A DNA stretch of 64,000 bases from an uncultured Actinomycetota bacterium (GTDB lineage Bacteria; Actinomycetota; Actinomycetes; Streptosporangiales; Streptosporangiaceae). The DNA lies in assembly GCA_963711535.1 (NCBI GenBank), contig CAVQEN010000020.1, forward strand, positions 220,211-284,210, in the 5' to 3' direction. Below, piece by piece: positions 30,876-41,000 of the stretch. Position 1 is the first letter of the stretch, and the number at the start of each line of letters is the position of its first letter. Under the pieces are notes generated by a model, which was given only the letters and a program-made list of their open reading frames with translations, made no database searches and had not been told where the DNA came from. Made by a program: the position numbers and the translations under genes.

Positions 30876-32026
30876 GTGGCCCGGTGACCGGTAGGACGAG
30901 CGCAGGCGCTCAGGCCAGTGTCGGCCCGGCCAGCGTCGTGGTAGTCGGCACCGGCCTGATCGGCACGTCGATCGCCCTGGCACTGGCCGAGCGCGGGGTT
31001 CGCGTCTGGCTGGCGGATTCCGATCCGGCGGCGGTCCGGCTCGCGGCCGATCTCGGCGCCGGGCAGCCCCTGCCTGGCGACAGCATGCCCGCCGGCAGCG
31101 TGCCCGGCGGTCCCGCCGACGTTGCCGTGCTGGCCGTGCCGCCGGCCGCGGTCGCGCCGGCGCTGCTGTCCGCGCAGCGCCGCAGGCTCGCGCGCTGCTA
31201 TACCGACGTGGCCAGCGTCAAGGAACTTCCGCTGGCGGCTGCCCGTGATCTCGGCTGCGATCTGGCCAGTTATCTTCCCGGTCACCCGATGTCCGGCCGC
31301 GAGCGGTCCGGCCCGGCCGCAGCCAAAGCCGACCTGTTCGCCGGGCGACCCTGGGTTCTGTGTCCGCAGAAGGAAAACGACGAACAGACAATTCTCCAGG
31401 TAACGGGGCTTGCGCACGCCTGCCGCGCCGTCATCGTGACGGCATCGGCGGCTGAGCACGACCGGTGGGTGGCACTCGTCTCGCACGCACCGCACGTGGT
31501 CGCGGCGGCGATGGCAGCGCGACTCGAACGTGCGAGCGACGGCGCGCTCGCGCTTGCCGGGCAGGGGCTACGGGACGTCACGCGCATCGCGGCCTCCGGA
31601 AGCGGCATGTGGGTGCAGATCCTCAGCGCCAACGCGGGCCCGGTCGCGACCGTGCTGCGCGAGGTGGCCAGTGACCTGGCGATCGCCGCCGGCGCCCTGG
31701 ACGGCCTGGCGGCCGGCGACGATCAGGCGGCCAAGCAGGTTGCCGGCCTGCTGGAGCGCGGCAGCGACGGCGTGGGCCGGATCCCCGGCAAGCACGGCGG
31801 CCCGGCCCGCGGCTTCGCTGCCGTGCAGGTCGTTATCCCGGACCGGCCGGGGGAGCTGGCAAGGCTGTTCCGGGCCGCTGGCGAAGCAGGCATCAACATC
31901 GAGGACATCACGATCGAGCACTCGCCGGGCCTGCCCGTCGGTGTCGCGGAGCTGTGGGTCCGGCCGGAGGAGGCAGCCCGGCTGTCGGATTCGCTGGCGG
32001 CCGGAGGCTGGCCCGTGCGCCGCTAG
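30872..32026 (+). CDS. tyrA: Prephenate dehydrogenase with C-terminal ACT domain
   Basis: VVVVGTGLIGTSIALAL Rossmann motif, DVASVK, GHPMSGRERSG, and ACT-like VQVVIPDRPGELARLFRAAGEAGINIEDITIEH. GTG 30872 overlaps the aroH stop (GTGA); alternative GTG at 30884. Confidence 0.85.
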   Translation: MSGPVTGRTSAGAQASVGPASVVVVGTGLIGTSIALALAERGVRVWLADSDPAAVRLAADLGAGQPLPGDSMPAGSVPGGPADVAVLAVPPAAVAPALLSAQRRRLARCYTDVASVKELPLAAARDLGCDLASYLPGHPMSGRERSGPAAAKADLFAGRPWVLCPQKENDEQTILQVTGLAHACRAVIVTASAAEHDRWVALVSHAPHVVAAAMAARLERASDGALALAGQGLRDVTRIAASGSGMWVQILSANAGPVATVLREVASDLAIAAGALDGLAAGDDQAAKQVAGLLERGSDGVGRIPGKHGGPARGFAAVQVVIPDRPGELARLFRAAGEAGINIEDITIEHSPGLPVGVAELWVRPEEAARLSDSLAAGGWPVRR

Positions 32027-32140
32027 GTCATGTCCTAGGCTGCGGCGACCCGGCGCGAGTCCGCCGGGGAACGCCAGCGCCGGTAACATCGCCTAGTGAC
32101 CGAATCAGCTGCCTGGATGGTATCTACCGGCGTGGATGAA

Positions 32141-32842
32141 ATGCAGCGTTATGCCGGCCAGCCCGGCCTGGTAATCGCGATGGACGGCCCGTCCGGCTCG
32201 GGCAAGTCGACGGCGGCACGCCGGGTCGCGGCCGAGCTGGGGATGCGGTATCTGGACACTGGCGCCATGTACCGGGCACTGACCTGGTGGCTGACCGAAC
32301 AGCAGGTGGATCTGAGCGACCGCGCCGCCGTGATCGCCCGGCTCGCGGAGCCGCGGATCACGGCGGGCACTGACCCCGCGGCTCCGCAAATCGCGGTAGA
32401 CGGCCACGACGTCGCCGGCCCGATCCGGACTCGCGAGATCTCCAACGCCGTCAGCCTGGTCGCAGCGATCCCGCAGGTACGGGAACGACTGATCGGACTG
32501 CAGCGGGAGATTATCGCCGCCGCGGCCGCTGACGGTCCGGGGATCGTAGCCGAGGGCCGGGACATCGGTACCGTCGTAGCGCCGGCTGCCGCCGTCAAGG
32601 TGTATATCACCGCCAGCGAGGATGTCCGCGCCCGGCGCCGGAGCGCCGACTTGAGCGAGGATCCGGTGGCAACAGTAGACACCACCAAGCGCGAGCAGGC
32701 ACAACGTGACCGGCTCGATGCGGCGCAGTCGTCGGTAGCGGCGGACGCCGTGGAGATCGACACCAGCAGCCTCGGCCTCGACGACGTCGTCAGCCAGGTG
32801 GTCCGGCTGGCCCGTTCGCGCCCGGCGGTCTCGCGTGGCTGA
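32141..32842 (+). CDS. cmk: Cytidylate kinase
   Basis: [42 protein letters not shown] 32141, or possibly GTG 32096. Confidence 0.9.
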   Translation: MQRYAGQPGLVIAMDGPSGSGKSTAARRVAAELGMRYLDTGAMYRALTWWLTEQQVDLSDRAAVIARLAEPRITAGTDPAAPQIAVDGHDVAGPIRTREISNAVSLVAAIPQVRERLIGLQREIIAAAAADGPGIVAEGRDIGTVVAPAAAVKVYITASEDVRARRRSADLSEDPVATVDTTKREQAQRDRLDAAQSSVAADAVEIDTSSLGLDDVVSQVVRLARSRPAVSRG

Positions 32843-34232
32843 GCTTGCGGACGAGCAGGCCGGACCGGAGGCTCCGGCGCCGGTCCTCGCGGTAGTCGGT
32901 CGGCCCAACGTCGGCAAGTCCACGCTGGTGAACCGCATTCTTGGCAGTCGGCAGGCCGTAGTCGAGGACACCCCCGGTGTCACCCGTGATCGGGTCAGTT
33001 ACGACGCGACCTGGCGCGGGCGCGCCTTTACTCTGGTCGATACCGGCGGCTGGGAGCCTTCCGTCGAGGGCACGACATCGCTGGCGGCCCGGGTCGCGGC
33101 GCAGGCGCGGATCGCCGTGGATGCTGCCGACGCGGTGCTGTTCGTGGTCGACGCCGTGGTCGGCGTTACCGATGCCGACGCGGCCGTCGCGTCCGTATTG
33201 CGGCGGTCAAGGAAGCCAGTTGTACTTGCCGCCAACAAGGTGGACGACGCGCCCGGCGAGCCGGAGGTTCACTCGCTCTGGTCGCTGGGTCTCGGGGAGC
33301 CGATGGCGGTCAGCGCGCTGCACGGGCGCGGGAGCGGCGACCTCCTGGACGCGGTGCTTGGCGCACTGCCGGAGGCGCCCGCGGAGCGGTACGACGACGA
33401 GGGCGGTCCGCGCCGGGTCGCGCTCATCGGCCGGCCGAACGTCGGCAAGTCGAGCCTGCTCAACAAGCTGGCGGGGGAGGAGCGGGCGCTGGTCGACTCG
33501 GTCGCCGGCACCACCAGGGACCCGGTCGACGAGCTGATCGAGCTTGGCGGCAAGACCTGGCGCTTCGTCGACACGGCGGGCATCCGGAGGCGTGCGCATC
33601 AGGCGCAGGGCGCCGACTACTTCGCGGCCCTGCGCACGGAGCGCGCGCTGGAGCGAGCCGAAGTGGCTGTCGTGCTCGTCGACGCCAGCGAGCCGCTGGC
33701 CGAGCAGGACCTGCGCATCATCAGCATGGTCATCGACGCAGGCCGGGCGCTGGTTATTGCCTACAACAAGTGGGACCTGGTGGACGCCGACCGGCGTGAG
33801 TCACTCGACAAGGAGATCGACCGGCAGCTGCACAACGCGCGGTGGGCGCCACGGGTCAACATCTCCGCCCGCACCGGCTGGCATGTCGACCGGCTGGTGC
33901 CCGCGCTCGAGCTGGCACTGGAAAGCTGGGAGACCAGGATTCAGACCGGCCGTCTCAACGCCTGGCTGACCGCGCTGATCGCGGCAACGCCGCCGCCTGT
34001 CCGGGGCGGAAAGCAGCCGAAGATCATGTTCGCCACGCAGGCTGACACTCGGCCGCCGCGCTTCGTGCTGTTCACCAGCGGCTTCCTGCAGGCTGGCTAT
34101 CGCCGCTTCATCGAGCGCAAGCTCCGGGACGAGTTCGGATTCGCGGGGACGCCTATACACGTCACCATGCGCCTGCGGGAGAAGCGGTCGGGTCCGGCGG
34201 GCCGGGCGGCCCGTGGCCCCGGGCGCGGTTAG
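32835..34232 (+). CDS. der: Ribosome-associated GTPase Der (EngA)
   Basis: Two G domains ([15 protein letters not shown] / DTGG; [15 protein letters not shown] / DTAG / NKWD) and a KH-like C-terminus. Confidence 0.95.
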   Translation: MAELADEQAGPEAPAPVLAVVGRPNVGKSTLVNRILGSRQAVVEDTPGVTRDRVSYDATWRGRAFTLVDTGGWEPSVEGTTSLAARVAAQARIAVDAADAVLFVVDAVVGVTDADAAVASVLRRSRKPVVLAANKVDDAPGEPEVHSLWSLGLGEPMAVSALHGRGSGDLLDAVLGALPEAPAERYDDEGGPRRVALIGRPNVGKSSLLNKLAGEERALVDSVAGTTRDPVDELIELGGKTWRFVDTAGIRRRAHQAQGADYFAALRTERALERAEVAVVLVDASEPLAEQDLRIISMVIDAGRALVIAYNKWDLVDADRRESLDKEIDRQLHNARWAPRVNISARTGWHVDRLVPALELALESWETRIQTGRLNAWLTALIAATPPPVRGGKQPKIMFATQADTRPPRFVLFTSGFLQAGYRRFIERKLRDEFGFAGTPIHVTMRLREKRSGPAGRAARGPGRG

Positions 34233-34242
34233 CGAAGGACGG

Positions 34243-34692
34243 CTAGCAACCGGGCGCGAGCCAGAACCAGACGGTGGTGCTTGCGTCGTTGCGCAGGTAG
34301 CCCCACTGGTCTGACAGCGTCTGCACGAGCAAAAGGCCGTGTCCGTCCGACGCGTAGACATCACCGCGGACGACCGGGCAGCTGAGATCGGAGCCTTCGT
34401 CGGCGACTTCGACGCGCAGTCCGCCCGCGGACTCCAGAATGACGATGCTGACAGTACCCCCCACGCACCGTGAGCTGGAGTGCATGACGGCGTTGGTGAC
34501 AAGTTCCGAGGTCAGCAATACAGCGTTGTCGAGAGCCGGATGTAATTCGCCGAGCGCCTTGGTGACGAATGCGCGCGCCTCGCGGACGCGCTCGGGTCGT
34601 CCGGGGATCGTCAGGCTGCCCAGAACAGCAGCTCCGGCCATCACGGCGAGGTCCTCGGCAGCGTTGCTGGCCCGAGTGGCCGTGGATGCCAT
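34243..34692 (-). CDS. SpoIIAB-like ATP-binding protein (anti-sigma-factor/HATPase_c fold)
   Basis: ARAFVTKALGELHP...LLTSELVTNAVMHS...LRVEVADEG...DGHGLLLVQTLSDQWGY. This is the family that accompanies XRE/DUF397 modules in actinomycetes. Confidence 0.8.
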   Translation of the reverse strand: MASTATRASNAAEDLAVMAGAAVLGSLTIPGRPERVREARAFVTKALGELHPALDNAVLLTSELVTNAVMHSSSRCVGGTVSIVILESAGGLRVEVADEGSDLSCPVVRGDVYASDGHGLLLVQTLSDQWGYLRNDASTTVWFWLAPGC

Positions 34693-34981
34693 TCCGGTCG
34701 CTCCCCTCCCGCGCGAAGCCCGAGAATACCGACCTCGAGAACGGCGCGTCGTCCATTTCGCTCTGTTTCAATGATGGAGTGACCTTGCGTGCCACGCAAG
34801 TGCATGGCACAAATCACAGCCACGAAATCTCACATGCGATCTCACGATACATGTCAGATTCGTGTATCGTCGTCGGTGAGTCAGTGCCGCAAGTACGGTC
34901 CCGCAAGTTCGGTGCCACGGGCAGCCATTCTCGTGTGAAGGATGTGCTGCGAGTGCTGCGAGCTTCCCGTAGAGGGGGCGA

Positions 34982-35857
34982 GTGCCAGTGTCGGTCGGCC
35001 CAACGGTTCGTCGCCGTCGCCTTGGCAGTGAGTTAAGGCGACTGCGCGAGTCGCAGTCCATCAAGCTCGAGGAAGTTGCCGAGCGCCTTGGCCTCGCGCC
35101 ATCGACGCTCTCCCGGATCGAGACCGGGAAAGCGCCGACGCGGACGGCCTATCTGAATTCCATGTTCGAGCTGTACGGGGTCGACGATCCCGGTCAGCGC
35201 CAGGTCCTGCTGGAGATGGCCCGCGAAGGCCACCGCAAGGGCTGGTGGGCAGTCTGGGACGGCATCCTGCCGACGGGCTTCGGTATCTACGTCGGCCTCG
35301 AGGCAGAGGCGTCGTCACTTCGGGTGTATGAGTCTCAGGTGGTCCACGGCCTCCTGCAGACCGAGGACTACGCCCGCGCGGTCATGTCGACGGTTCGCCG
35401 GCGGCAGACTCCCGACGAGATCGACCGCCTGGTGAAGCTGCGCATGCAGCGGCAGGACGTGCTCGAGCGTGCCGATCCGCTCGAGCTCTGGATCATCCTC
35501 GACGAGGCCGTGCTCCGGCGGATGGTCGGCCCGTCGCACGTTATGCGCGAGCAGCTCGAGCACCTGTACGAGGCCAGTCAGTGGCCCAGCATCACGCTGC
35601 AGGTGCTGACATTCGGCAGCGGCCTGCATCCCGGTCTCGGCGGCTCGTTCGCCATTATCGAGTTCCCCGAGCGCTTCGATCCCGACGTCGTCTACACCGA
35701 GGGCGTGACCGGCCAGGCGTATATCGAAGAACGTGACCGCGAAGTGCGCGCGCGTTCGGAGGCATTCGACCTGCTCCGCGCGACAGCGCTTCCGCCTGCC
35801 GATTCAGCGCTTCTCATCCGGTCCATTTCTGAGGGATCAGAGGAAGAATCCATTTGA
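34982..35857 (+). CDS. XRE-family HTH regulator with DUF5753-like C-terminal domain (WhiJ-like)
   Basis: LGSELRRLRESQSIKLEEVAERLGLAPSTLSRIETGK, then GWWAVWDGILPTGFGIYVGLEAEASSLRVYESQVVHGLLQTEDYARAV. Confidence 0.85.
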   Translation: MPVSVGPTVRRRRLGSELRRLRESQSIKLEEVAERLGLAPSTLSRIETGKAPTRTAYLNSMFELYGVDDPGQRQVLLEMAREGHRKGWWAVWDGILPTGFGIYVGLEAEASSLRVYESQVVHGLLQTEDYARAVMSTVRRRQTPDEIDRLVKLRMQRQDVLERADPLELWIILDEAVLRRMVGPSHVMREQLEHLYEASQWPSITLQVLTFGSGLHPGLGGSFAIIEFPERFDPDVVYTEGVTGQAYIEERDREVRARSEAFDLLRATALPPADSALLIRSISEGSEEESI

Positions 35858-35868
35858 AAGGAACACCC

Positions 35869-36081
35869 ATGTCCGAATACGACACGTCCAGCGCAGCGTG
35901 GATCACCAGCCGCGCCTGCAACAACTCAGCCTGCGTTCAGGTCGCCCACCTGCCGGGTGGCATGGTGGCTATCCGGGACTCCAAGGACACAGCCAAGCCT
36001 GCTCACCTCTTCGACAGCGAAGAGTGGTCCGCATTCCTCACCGGCGTGCGGGCCGGGGACTTCGACCTGCCGGTGAGCTAG
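35869..36081 (+). CDS. DUF397 (BldB-like) small protein
   Basis: WITSRACNNSACVQVAHLPGGMVAIRDSKD...HLFDSEEWSAFLTGVRAGDFD. ATG 35869 is preceded by AAAGGAA; the track ORF starts at TTG 35854, overlapping the XRE stop. Confidence 0.85.
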   Translation: MSEYDTSSAAWITSRACNNSACVQVAHLPGGMVAIRDSKDTAKPAHLFDSEEWSAFLTGVRAGDFDLPVS

Positions 36082-36099
36082 CCCGGGAGGGGCAGAGTA

Positions 36100-36140
36100 A
36101 TACGGCCCCCGGAGCGATATGGTCGCTCCGGGGGCCGTAT
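36100..36140. terminator. Perfect 18-bp hairpin between convergent genes (bidirectional terminator candidate)
   Basis: ATACGGCCCCCGGAGCGA-TATGG-TCGCTCCGGGGGCCGTAT, between the DUF397 stop (36081) and the stop of the minus-strand small gene (36158). Confidence 0.6.
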
Positions 36141-36157
36141 GTCTGCAGGTGTGCTGG

Positions 36158-36511
36158 CTATGACGGCTGCGACTCGATGGCGCCCGGATCGATGAGCGCC
36201 GGATCGATGATCGGCTGCGCGAAGACGTGACCGAGCGGCTCGGGGCCCACGTACTGCTGACACCGGCAGTCCTCTTCCGCGCAGGAGCCGGTGCGCGGGT
36301 TGTGGAAGCTCAGGTGGTGACCGCAGCCGCAGACGGGCTGCGGATCAGGCGGCGGCTGGAGCGCGGCATTGCGCTTCTCGGCTAGTTCGCTCTTGGCGGC
36401 CAGGATGCGCAGCCTGCGGCTGTGGTGTCGCTGCATAGCCCCGCCGGCGGTCGGACCGACGATAAAGATGAGCCACCAGTAGTCGCCCACGAAGCTGGTG
36501 AGGTCGTGCAC
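36158..36511 (-). CDS. Small membrane-anchored Cys/His-rich hypothetical protein
   Basis: One N-terminal helix (YWWLIFIVGPTAGGA), a basic/coiled stretch, then CGCGHHLSFHNPRTGSCAEEDCRCQQY (5 Cys, 3 His). No family recognised. Coding status rests on ORF length, sensible composition and the flanking terminator. Confidence 0.55.
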   Translation of the reverse strand: MHDLTSFVGDYWWLIFIVGPTAGGAMQRHHSRRLRILAAKSELAEKRNAALQPPPDPQPVCGCGHHLSFHNPRTGSCAEEDCRCQQYVGPEPLGHVFAQPIIDPALIDPGAIESQPS

Positions 36512-36577
36512 GGTCCTATCCTCGCGCAGCTAAACGGTCAAGAGCAATCCAGCCCGGCGGCACGTGTGACTTCAGGC

Positions 36578-36811
36578 TCAGCCCGGCAGGCTGAACTCGC
36601 CGTCCCGGGCGCCGCCGAGGAACGCGTCCCACTCGGCCCGGCTGAAGATCAGGGCTGGCCCGTCGGGATGCCGGGAGTTGCGCATGGCTACGTCGCCGCC
36701 AGCCAGGAAGGCGACTTCGACGCAGTTGCCGCCGGTCGGACCGCTGTAGCTGCTCTTGATCCACGGTGCGGTGATTTCGCGAGCTGATATCCCGCTGGCG
36801 CTGCTGGTCAC
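36578..36811 (-). CDS. DUF397 (BldB-like) small protein
   Basis: WIKSSYSGPTGGNCVEVAFLAGGDVAMRNSRHPDGPALIFSRAEWDAFLGGARDGEF. GTG start overlaps the stop of the upstream XRE gene (GTGA). Confidence 0.85.
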   Translation of the reverse strand: MTSSASGISAREITAPWIKSSYSGPTGGNCVEVAFLAGGDVAMRNSRHPDGPALIFSRAEWDAFLGGARDGEFSLPG

Positions 36812-37716
36812 TGGGTTCCCTCCACATCCATGAGCATGGAACGAATGAGATCGGTGGTCTGCTCTGGCGTCATGCTCGAGGCACTGATGTGGTTCATCGC
36901 CTCGGTGTACCGCTCGACATCCACGCGCTTGTCCAGGTACATGGCGCTGGTGAGCTGCTCGACGTACACAACGTCCGGCAGATCGTCGGTCGCGAAGGAC
37001 AGGATGCTGAAGCTGCCCGGTGCCGCATACGAGGCGCCGGTCAGGAACGGGGAAACCTGAATCGTCAGTCCCGGCCGGGACGCAATACCCAGCAGGTGCT
37101 CGAGCTGACCGCGCATCAGGCTGGCCGAGCCGACGGGCCGGCGCAGCGCGGCTTCGTCAATGATGGCCCACAGGGCGAGGCCGCCAGCGGCGAACCGGCG
37201 CTGGCGCTCCTTACGCAGGTACACCAGACGGTCGGTCTCGTCAGGCGGGTACGAGCCCAGCTGGATGACCGCAGTCGAGTAGTCCTCAGTCTGCAGGAGC
37301 CCTGGCACGAACTGGCTGTCGAAGCTGCGGATGCACTCCGCGGACTCCTCCAGCCCGATGTAGGACTGAAACCACGTCGGCAGCACATCCTGATAGCGGT
37401 GCCACCAGCCCTGCTGGTTCGCCTGACTGGCTAAAGTCAGGAGCTGCTCCCGCTCGACGGTGTCCGAAATGCCGTACAGGTTGAGCAGGTCAGCGATGTC
37501 AACTTCACGCACCGCGTTGCGGCCAAGCTCAATCCTGCTGATCTTCGATTCCGAGCCCCGGATAGCGCGCGCCGCGTCCTGCGCCGAGACGCCACGAGAC
37601 TCGCGGAGACGTCTTAACTGAGTTCCGAGCATGATGCGCAGGACAGTAGGTGCACCGGTCCCCTCGGTGCTCCCTCTGCTGATTCCTGCGCTGCCGGGGG
37701 TTATGTCATCAGACAT
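36808..37716 (-). CDS. XRE-family HTH regulator with DUF5753-like domain (WhiJ-like), second copy
   Basis: LGTQLRRLRESRGVSAQDAARAIRGSESKISRIELGR, then GWWHRYQDVLPTWFQSYIGLEESAECIRSFDSQFVPGLLQTEDYSTAV. Confidence 0.85.
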   Translation of the reverse strand: MSDDITPGSAGISRGSTEGTGAPTVLRIMLGTQLRRLRESRGVSAQDAARAIRGSESKISRIELGRNAVREVDIADLLNLYGISDTVEREQLLTLASQANQQGWWHRYQDVLPTWFQSYIGLEESAECIRSFDSQFVPGLLQTEDYSTAVIQLGSYPPDETDRLVYLRKERQRRFAAGGLALWAIIDEAALRRPVGSASLMRGQLEHLLGIASRPGLTIQVSPFLTGASYAAPGSFSILSFATDDLPDVVYVEQLTSAMYLDKRVDVERYTEAMNHISASSMTPEQTTDLIRSMLMDVEGTQ

Positions 37717-37935
37717 CAGCCGCGCTCCCTCCGATGCGCCGCATGGATCTTACTATCGTGTCATGGTCGTGCGCAGTCGCCATAACGGTACGAGGCTGGA
37801 TGCCCTTTTTCCGACGACATCTCCTAATGCAAGTGCGTAATGCACTTCTTCGCAAACGCCGCTTAACTCATGATATCGCAGATGAGATTTCACGCTAGTG
37901 CTATTTGCGGGCAGTGGCGCGCGCCGTCCCGGTCG

Positions 37936-39858
37936 TCATCTGCTGCCAGGATCGGTCAGCCACCGTTCGAACCACGCACGGGTGCGCAGAAGCAGGTCGC
38001 GCTGATGGTTGCGTTCCGCTAGCCCGTGCCCCTCGCGCGGGTACACGACTAGCTCGTGCTCGGCCCCGTATCGGCTCAGGGCGCGGTGGAAGTAGATGGC
38101 CTGGCCGAGCGGCACGTTGGTGTCGTCCTCGCCGTGCGCGATCAGCACCGGAGTGCGGACCTTCGAGGCGAACGAGATCGGGCTGACCCGGTCATGCGGA
38201 TGCGGGCCCATCCCCTCCCAGCCGCAGCTGCCGGCCAGCGCGGCGTCTGTCGTCCCGAATGCGCCGGTGCCGACAAGCATGCCCCAGTCGCAGATCCCGG
38301 CGAGCATGAGCGCGGCCTTGAAGCGGTCGGTCTGTCCGACCGCCCAGGCGGCCATGAACCCCCCGTGACTGGGGCCTCCAATCCCGAGCCGGTCCGGATC
38401 GGCCACACCCGCGGCGATCAGCATGTCGATCCCCGTGAGGATGTCGCTCCACTCAGCTCCGCCGACCGCGCCGACGACAGACGCCGCGAAGTCACGGCCG
38501 TGCCCGGTGCCGCCGCGCGGATTGGGCAGGAACACGGCGTAACCCGCGGTCGCGAGCCACTGGCCAGGACAGTGCGGCCCGAGCATGAACTCGTCGGCGT
38601 ACCGGGCATCGGGTCCGCCGTGCACCAGGGTGACAAGCGGGAACGGGCCGTCTGCGCGGCCTCGGCCGGCCGGCAGGATGAGCAAGCCATCGAGGGCGAG
38701 GCCGTCGGATGCGTGATACGAGAGACGTTCCTGGGTTCCCCACTCAATCTCCCGCAACTCCGGCCGCGTGTCGCTGATCTGGCTGAGCGGACCGCCGGGC
38801 GGTCCGGCGTGGACATCGGCCGGCCGGTAGGGGGTGGTCGCGAGCACCGCGACCACCGCACCGGAACGGCTGGCGGTTAGTGTTTCGGCCAGCCCGGCCC
38901 GGGTGGACAGGCATCGGAATCGCAGCACGCCGGGATCGAGTCGGCGGATCTCCGTGTCGAGCCCGCTGTCGAACAGGGCCAGCGGCGGCCCGTCGGCCAC
39001 CTGCGCCAGCTCAGTCGGACAGACGTCCATGCCCTTGGTCAGGTCGCGAGGCGAGGCGGACGTGCCGGCCACGGTGTCGTACACGGCGAATCCGCCAAAC
39101 GGCTCGGGTTCTGCCAGGTAGGCCAGGTGCCAGGTGCCATGATCGGCCCACCAGACCGGCGACCGTGCGTGGCCAGCGACCCGGCCGAGGTCATGGACTA
39201 CTCCGGTAGCCGGATCGACCAGGTGCAGCTCATTGGTGATGGCCCCCGGATCGTTCTCCCGGCTCACCCAGCTGATCACTGCCACCTGACCGCCGTCTGG
39301 TCGCTGCGCCACTTCGGCGACGTGACGGCCGTCCAGGTCGGCTGCCACGTGCAGCTCGCGGGTAACCGCGTCAAGCAACCGCAGCCTGCCGCAGCCGGAT
39401 TGCTCGCTCCAGACGATCGCGTCATCGCGCTCAGTACGCCTGCGCTGCTCCTCCTCGGTCGGCTCGTCCGCGGCCACCACGGCGACCCTGCCGTCCGCCA
39501 GCGGGCAGACGTCGTAGATGTCGCCCGTCCACTCGGTCAGGCTCTCGGCCTCGCCGCCATCGATCGCGATCCGGTGCAACTGGACAGACCCAGTGCGGTC
39601 CGACAGGAAGAACAGCGACGCTGAGTCCGGTGCCCAGTGCGGGCCGGAGTCAGCCGCGGTGCCGGCGGTCAGCTGCCGCGGCGGCGAGCTGCCGTCCGCG
39701 GCGGCAGTCCACAGGGCGCTGAGGCGGCGTTCCCCGAGCTGGCCCGCGGGCGCGACAACATAGGCGACCCAGCGCCCGTCCGGGGACACCGCCGGCTCCT
39801 GCGGAACTGCTCCGTCCACGACGAGCTCCGCGGTCAGCCGTGGAGTGTCCGGGTTCAT
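37936..39858 (-). CDS. S9-family serine peptidase (prolyl oligopeptidase / acylaminoacyl-peptidase-like)
   Basis: N-terminal beta-propeller-like repeats, then the catalytic domain with GGPSHGGFMAAWA (GxSxGG), EDDTNVP and GHGL. Start at ATG 39858 (MNPDTPRL...). Confidence 0.9.
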   Translation of the reverse strand: MNPDTPRLTAELVVDGAVPQEPAVSPDGRWVAYVVAPAGQLGERRLSALWTAAADGSSPPRQLTAGTAADSGPHWAPDSASLFFLSDRTGSVQLHRIAIDGGEAESLTEWTGDIYDVCPLADGRVAVVAADEPTEEEQRRRTERDDAIVWSEQSGCGRLRLLDAVTRELHVAADLDGRHVAEVAQRPDGGQVAVISWVSRENDPGAITNELHLVDPATGVVHDLGRVAGHARSPVWWADHGTWHLAYLAEPEPFGGFAVYDTVAGTSASPRDLTKGMDVCPTELAQVADGPPLALFDSGLDTEIRRLDPGVLRFRCLSTRAGLAETLTASRSGAVVAVLATTPYRPADVHAGPPGGPLSQISDTRPELREIEWGTQERLSYHASDGLALDGLLILPAGRGRADGPFPLVTLVHGGPDARYADEFMLGPHCPGQWLATAGYAVFLPNPRGGTGHGRDFAASVVGAVGGAEWSDILTGIDMLIAAGVADPDRLGIGGPSHGGFMAAWAVGQTDRFKAALMLAGICDWGMLVGTGAFGTTDAALAGSCGWEGMGPHPHDRVSPISFASKVRTPVLIAHGEDDTNVPLGQAIYFHRALSRYGAEHELVVYPREGHGLAERNHQRDLLLRTRAWFERWLTDPGSR

Positions 39859-40030
39859 GGAATGCGCCTTTCCGCCGCCAGTACGTCGTGAGACATCATT
39901 CACCACAACGACGCACAAATCCCGATTGGTGTCCCGGGAGCCAGCCTGTGTCCGAGGCGCAGTCCACCGTCACGCAGCCAGGCCGGTACGATTCCGGCAG
40001 ACCCTGATCATCTCGGTGAAGGCAGGTTGC

Positions 40031-40975
40031 ATGCGTTACAGGCCGCTGGGCAACTCCGGGCTTCTGGTCTCGGTCGTCGGGCTCGGGTGCAACAACTTCG
40101 GCCGTCGGCTGGACCTCGAGCAGACCCGGGCCGTGGTCGACGCCGCGATCGACCGCGGCGTGACGCTGCTCGACACTGCCGAGAGTTACGGCGGCAAGGG
40201 CCGATCCGAGGAACTGCTCGGCGAAGTGCTCGCGGGCCGCCGGGACCAGGTGGTGCTTGCCACGAAGTTCGGGTCCCACGGTGACATGGAATACGGCCCG
40301 GCGGCGGGGGCGACAGGCGGGCGCGCCTACATCCGGCGCGCCGTCGAGCACTCCCTGCGCCGGCTGCGGACCGACTATATCGACCTTTACCAGCTCCACG
40401 TTCCCGATCCGGTGACGCCGATCGAGGAGACTCTCGCCGCGCTGACTGAGCTGGTCCAGGCGGGCCTGGTGCGGTACATCGGGCACTCCAATTTCTCCGC
40501 TGCTCAGATCGCTGGCGCAGCAGCAGCGGCGCGCGAGCTGACCGCCGTGCCGTTTATCTCCGCGCAGAATCGGTGGTCGCTGCTGGAGCGGCAGGCCGAG
40601 CTCGATATCGTCCCGGCCGCGCTGCAGTACGGCCTCGGCGTGCTGCCGTACGTCCCGCTCGCGAACGGGCTGCTCACCGGCAAGATCCGCCGTGGCACCG
40701 GGCCTGCGGCCGGGACCCGGCTCGCCGACCGCGCCGACTACATTACCGACGCCAGGCTCGACGTGGTGGAGGGACTTGCGCAGTGGGCCGAGCAGCACGG
40801 CAGGTCGCTGCTGGAGGTCGCCATCGGCGGCCTCGCGGCGCTGCCCGGTTGTTCCTCGGTGATCGCGGGCGCAACGTCGGCGGAGCAGGTGCGGGCCAAC
40901 GCCGCCGCGGGGGAGTGGGAGCCGGCCGATGCCGAGCTAGCCGAGATCGACAAGATCGCGCCGCAGCTTCCCTGA
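40031..40975 (+). CDS. Aldo/keto reductase
   Basis: MRYRPLGNSGLLVSVVGLGCNNFG ... LLDTAESYGGKGRSEELLG ... TDYIDLYQLHVPD ... IGHSNF. Confidence 0.9.
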   Translation: MRYRPLGNSGLLVSVVGLGCNNFGRRLDLEQTRAVVDAAIDRGVTLLDTAESYGGKGRSEELLGEVLAGRRDQVVLATKFGSHGDMEYGPAAGATGGRAYIRRAVEHSLRRLRTDYIDLYQLHVPDPVTPIEETLAALTELVQAGLVRYIGHSNFSAAQIAGAAAAARELTAVPFISAQNRWSLLERQAELDIVPAALQYGLGVLPYVPLANGLLTGKIRRGTGPAAGTRLADRADYITDARLDVVEGLAQWAEQHGRSLLEVAIGGLAALPGCSSVIAGATSAEQVRANAAAGEWEPADAELAEIDKIAPQLP

Positions 40976-41000
40976 GGTGCCGACGACGGTGGTGAACCCG

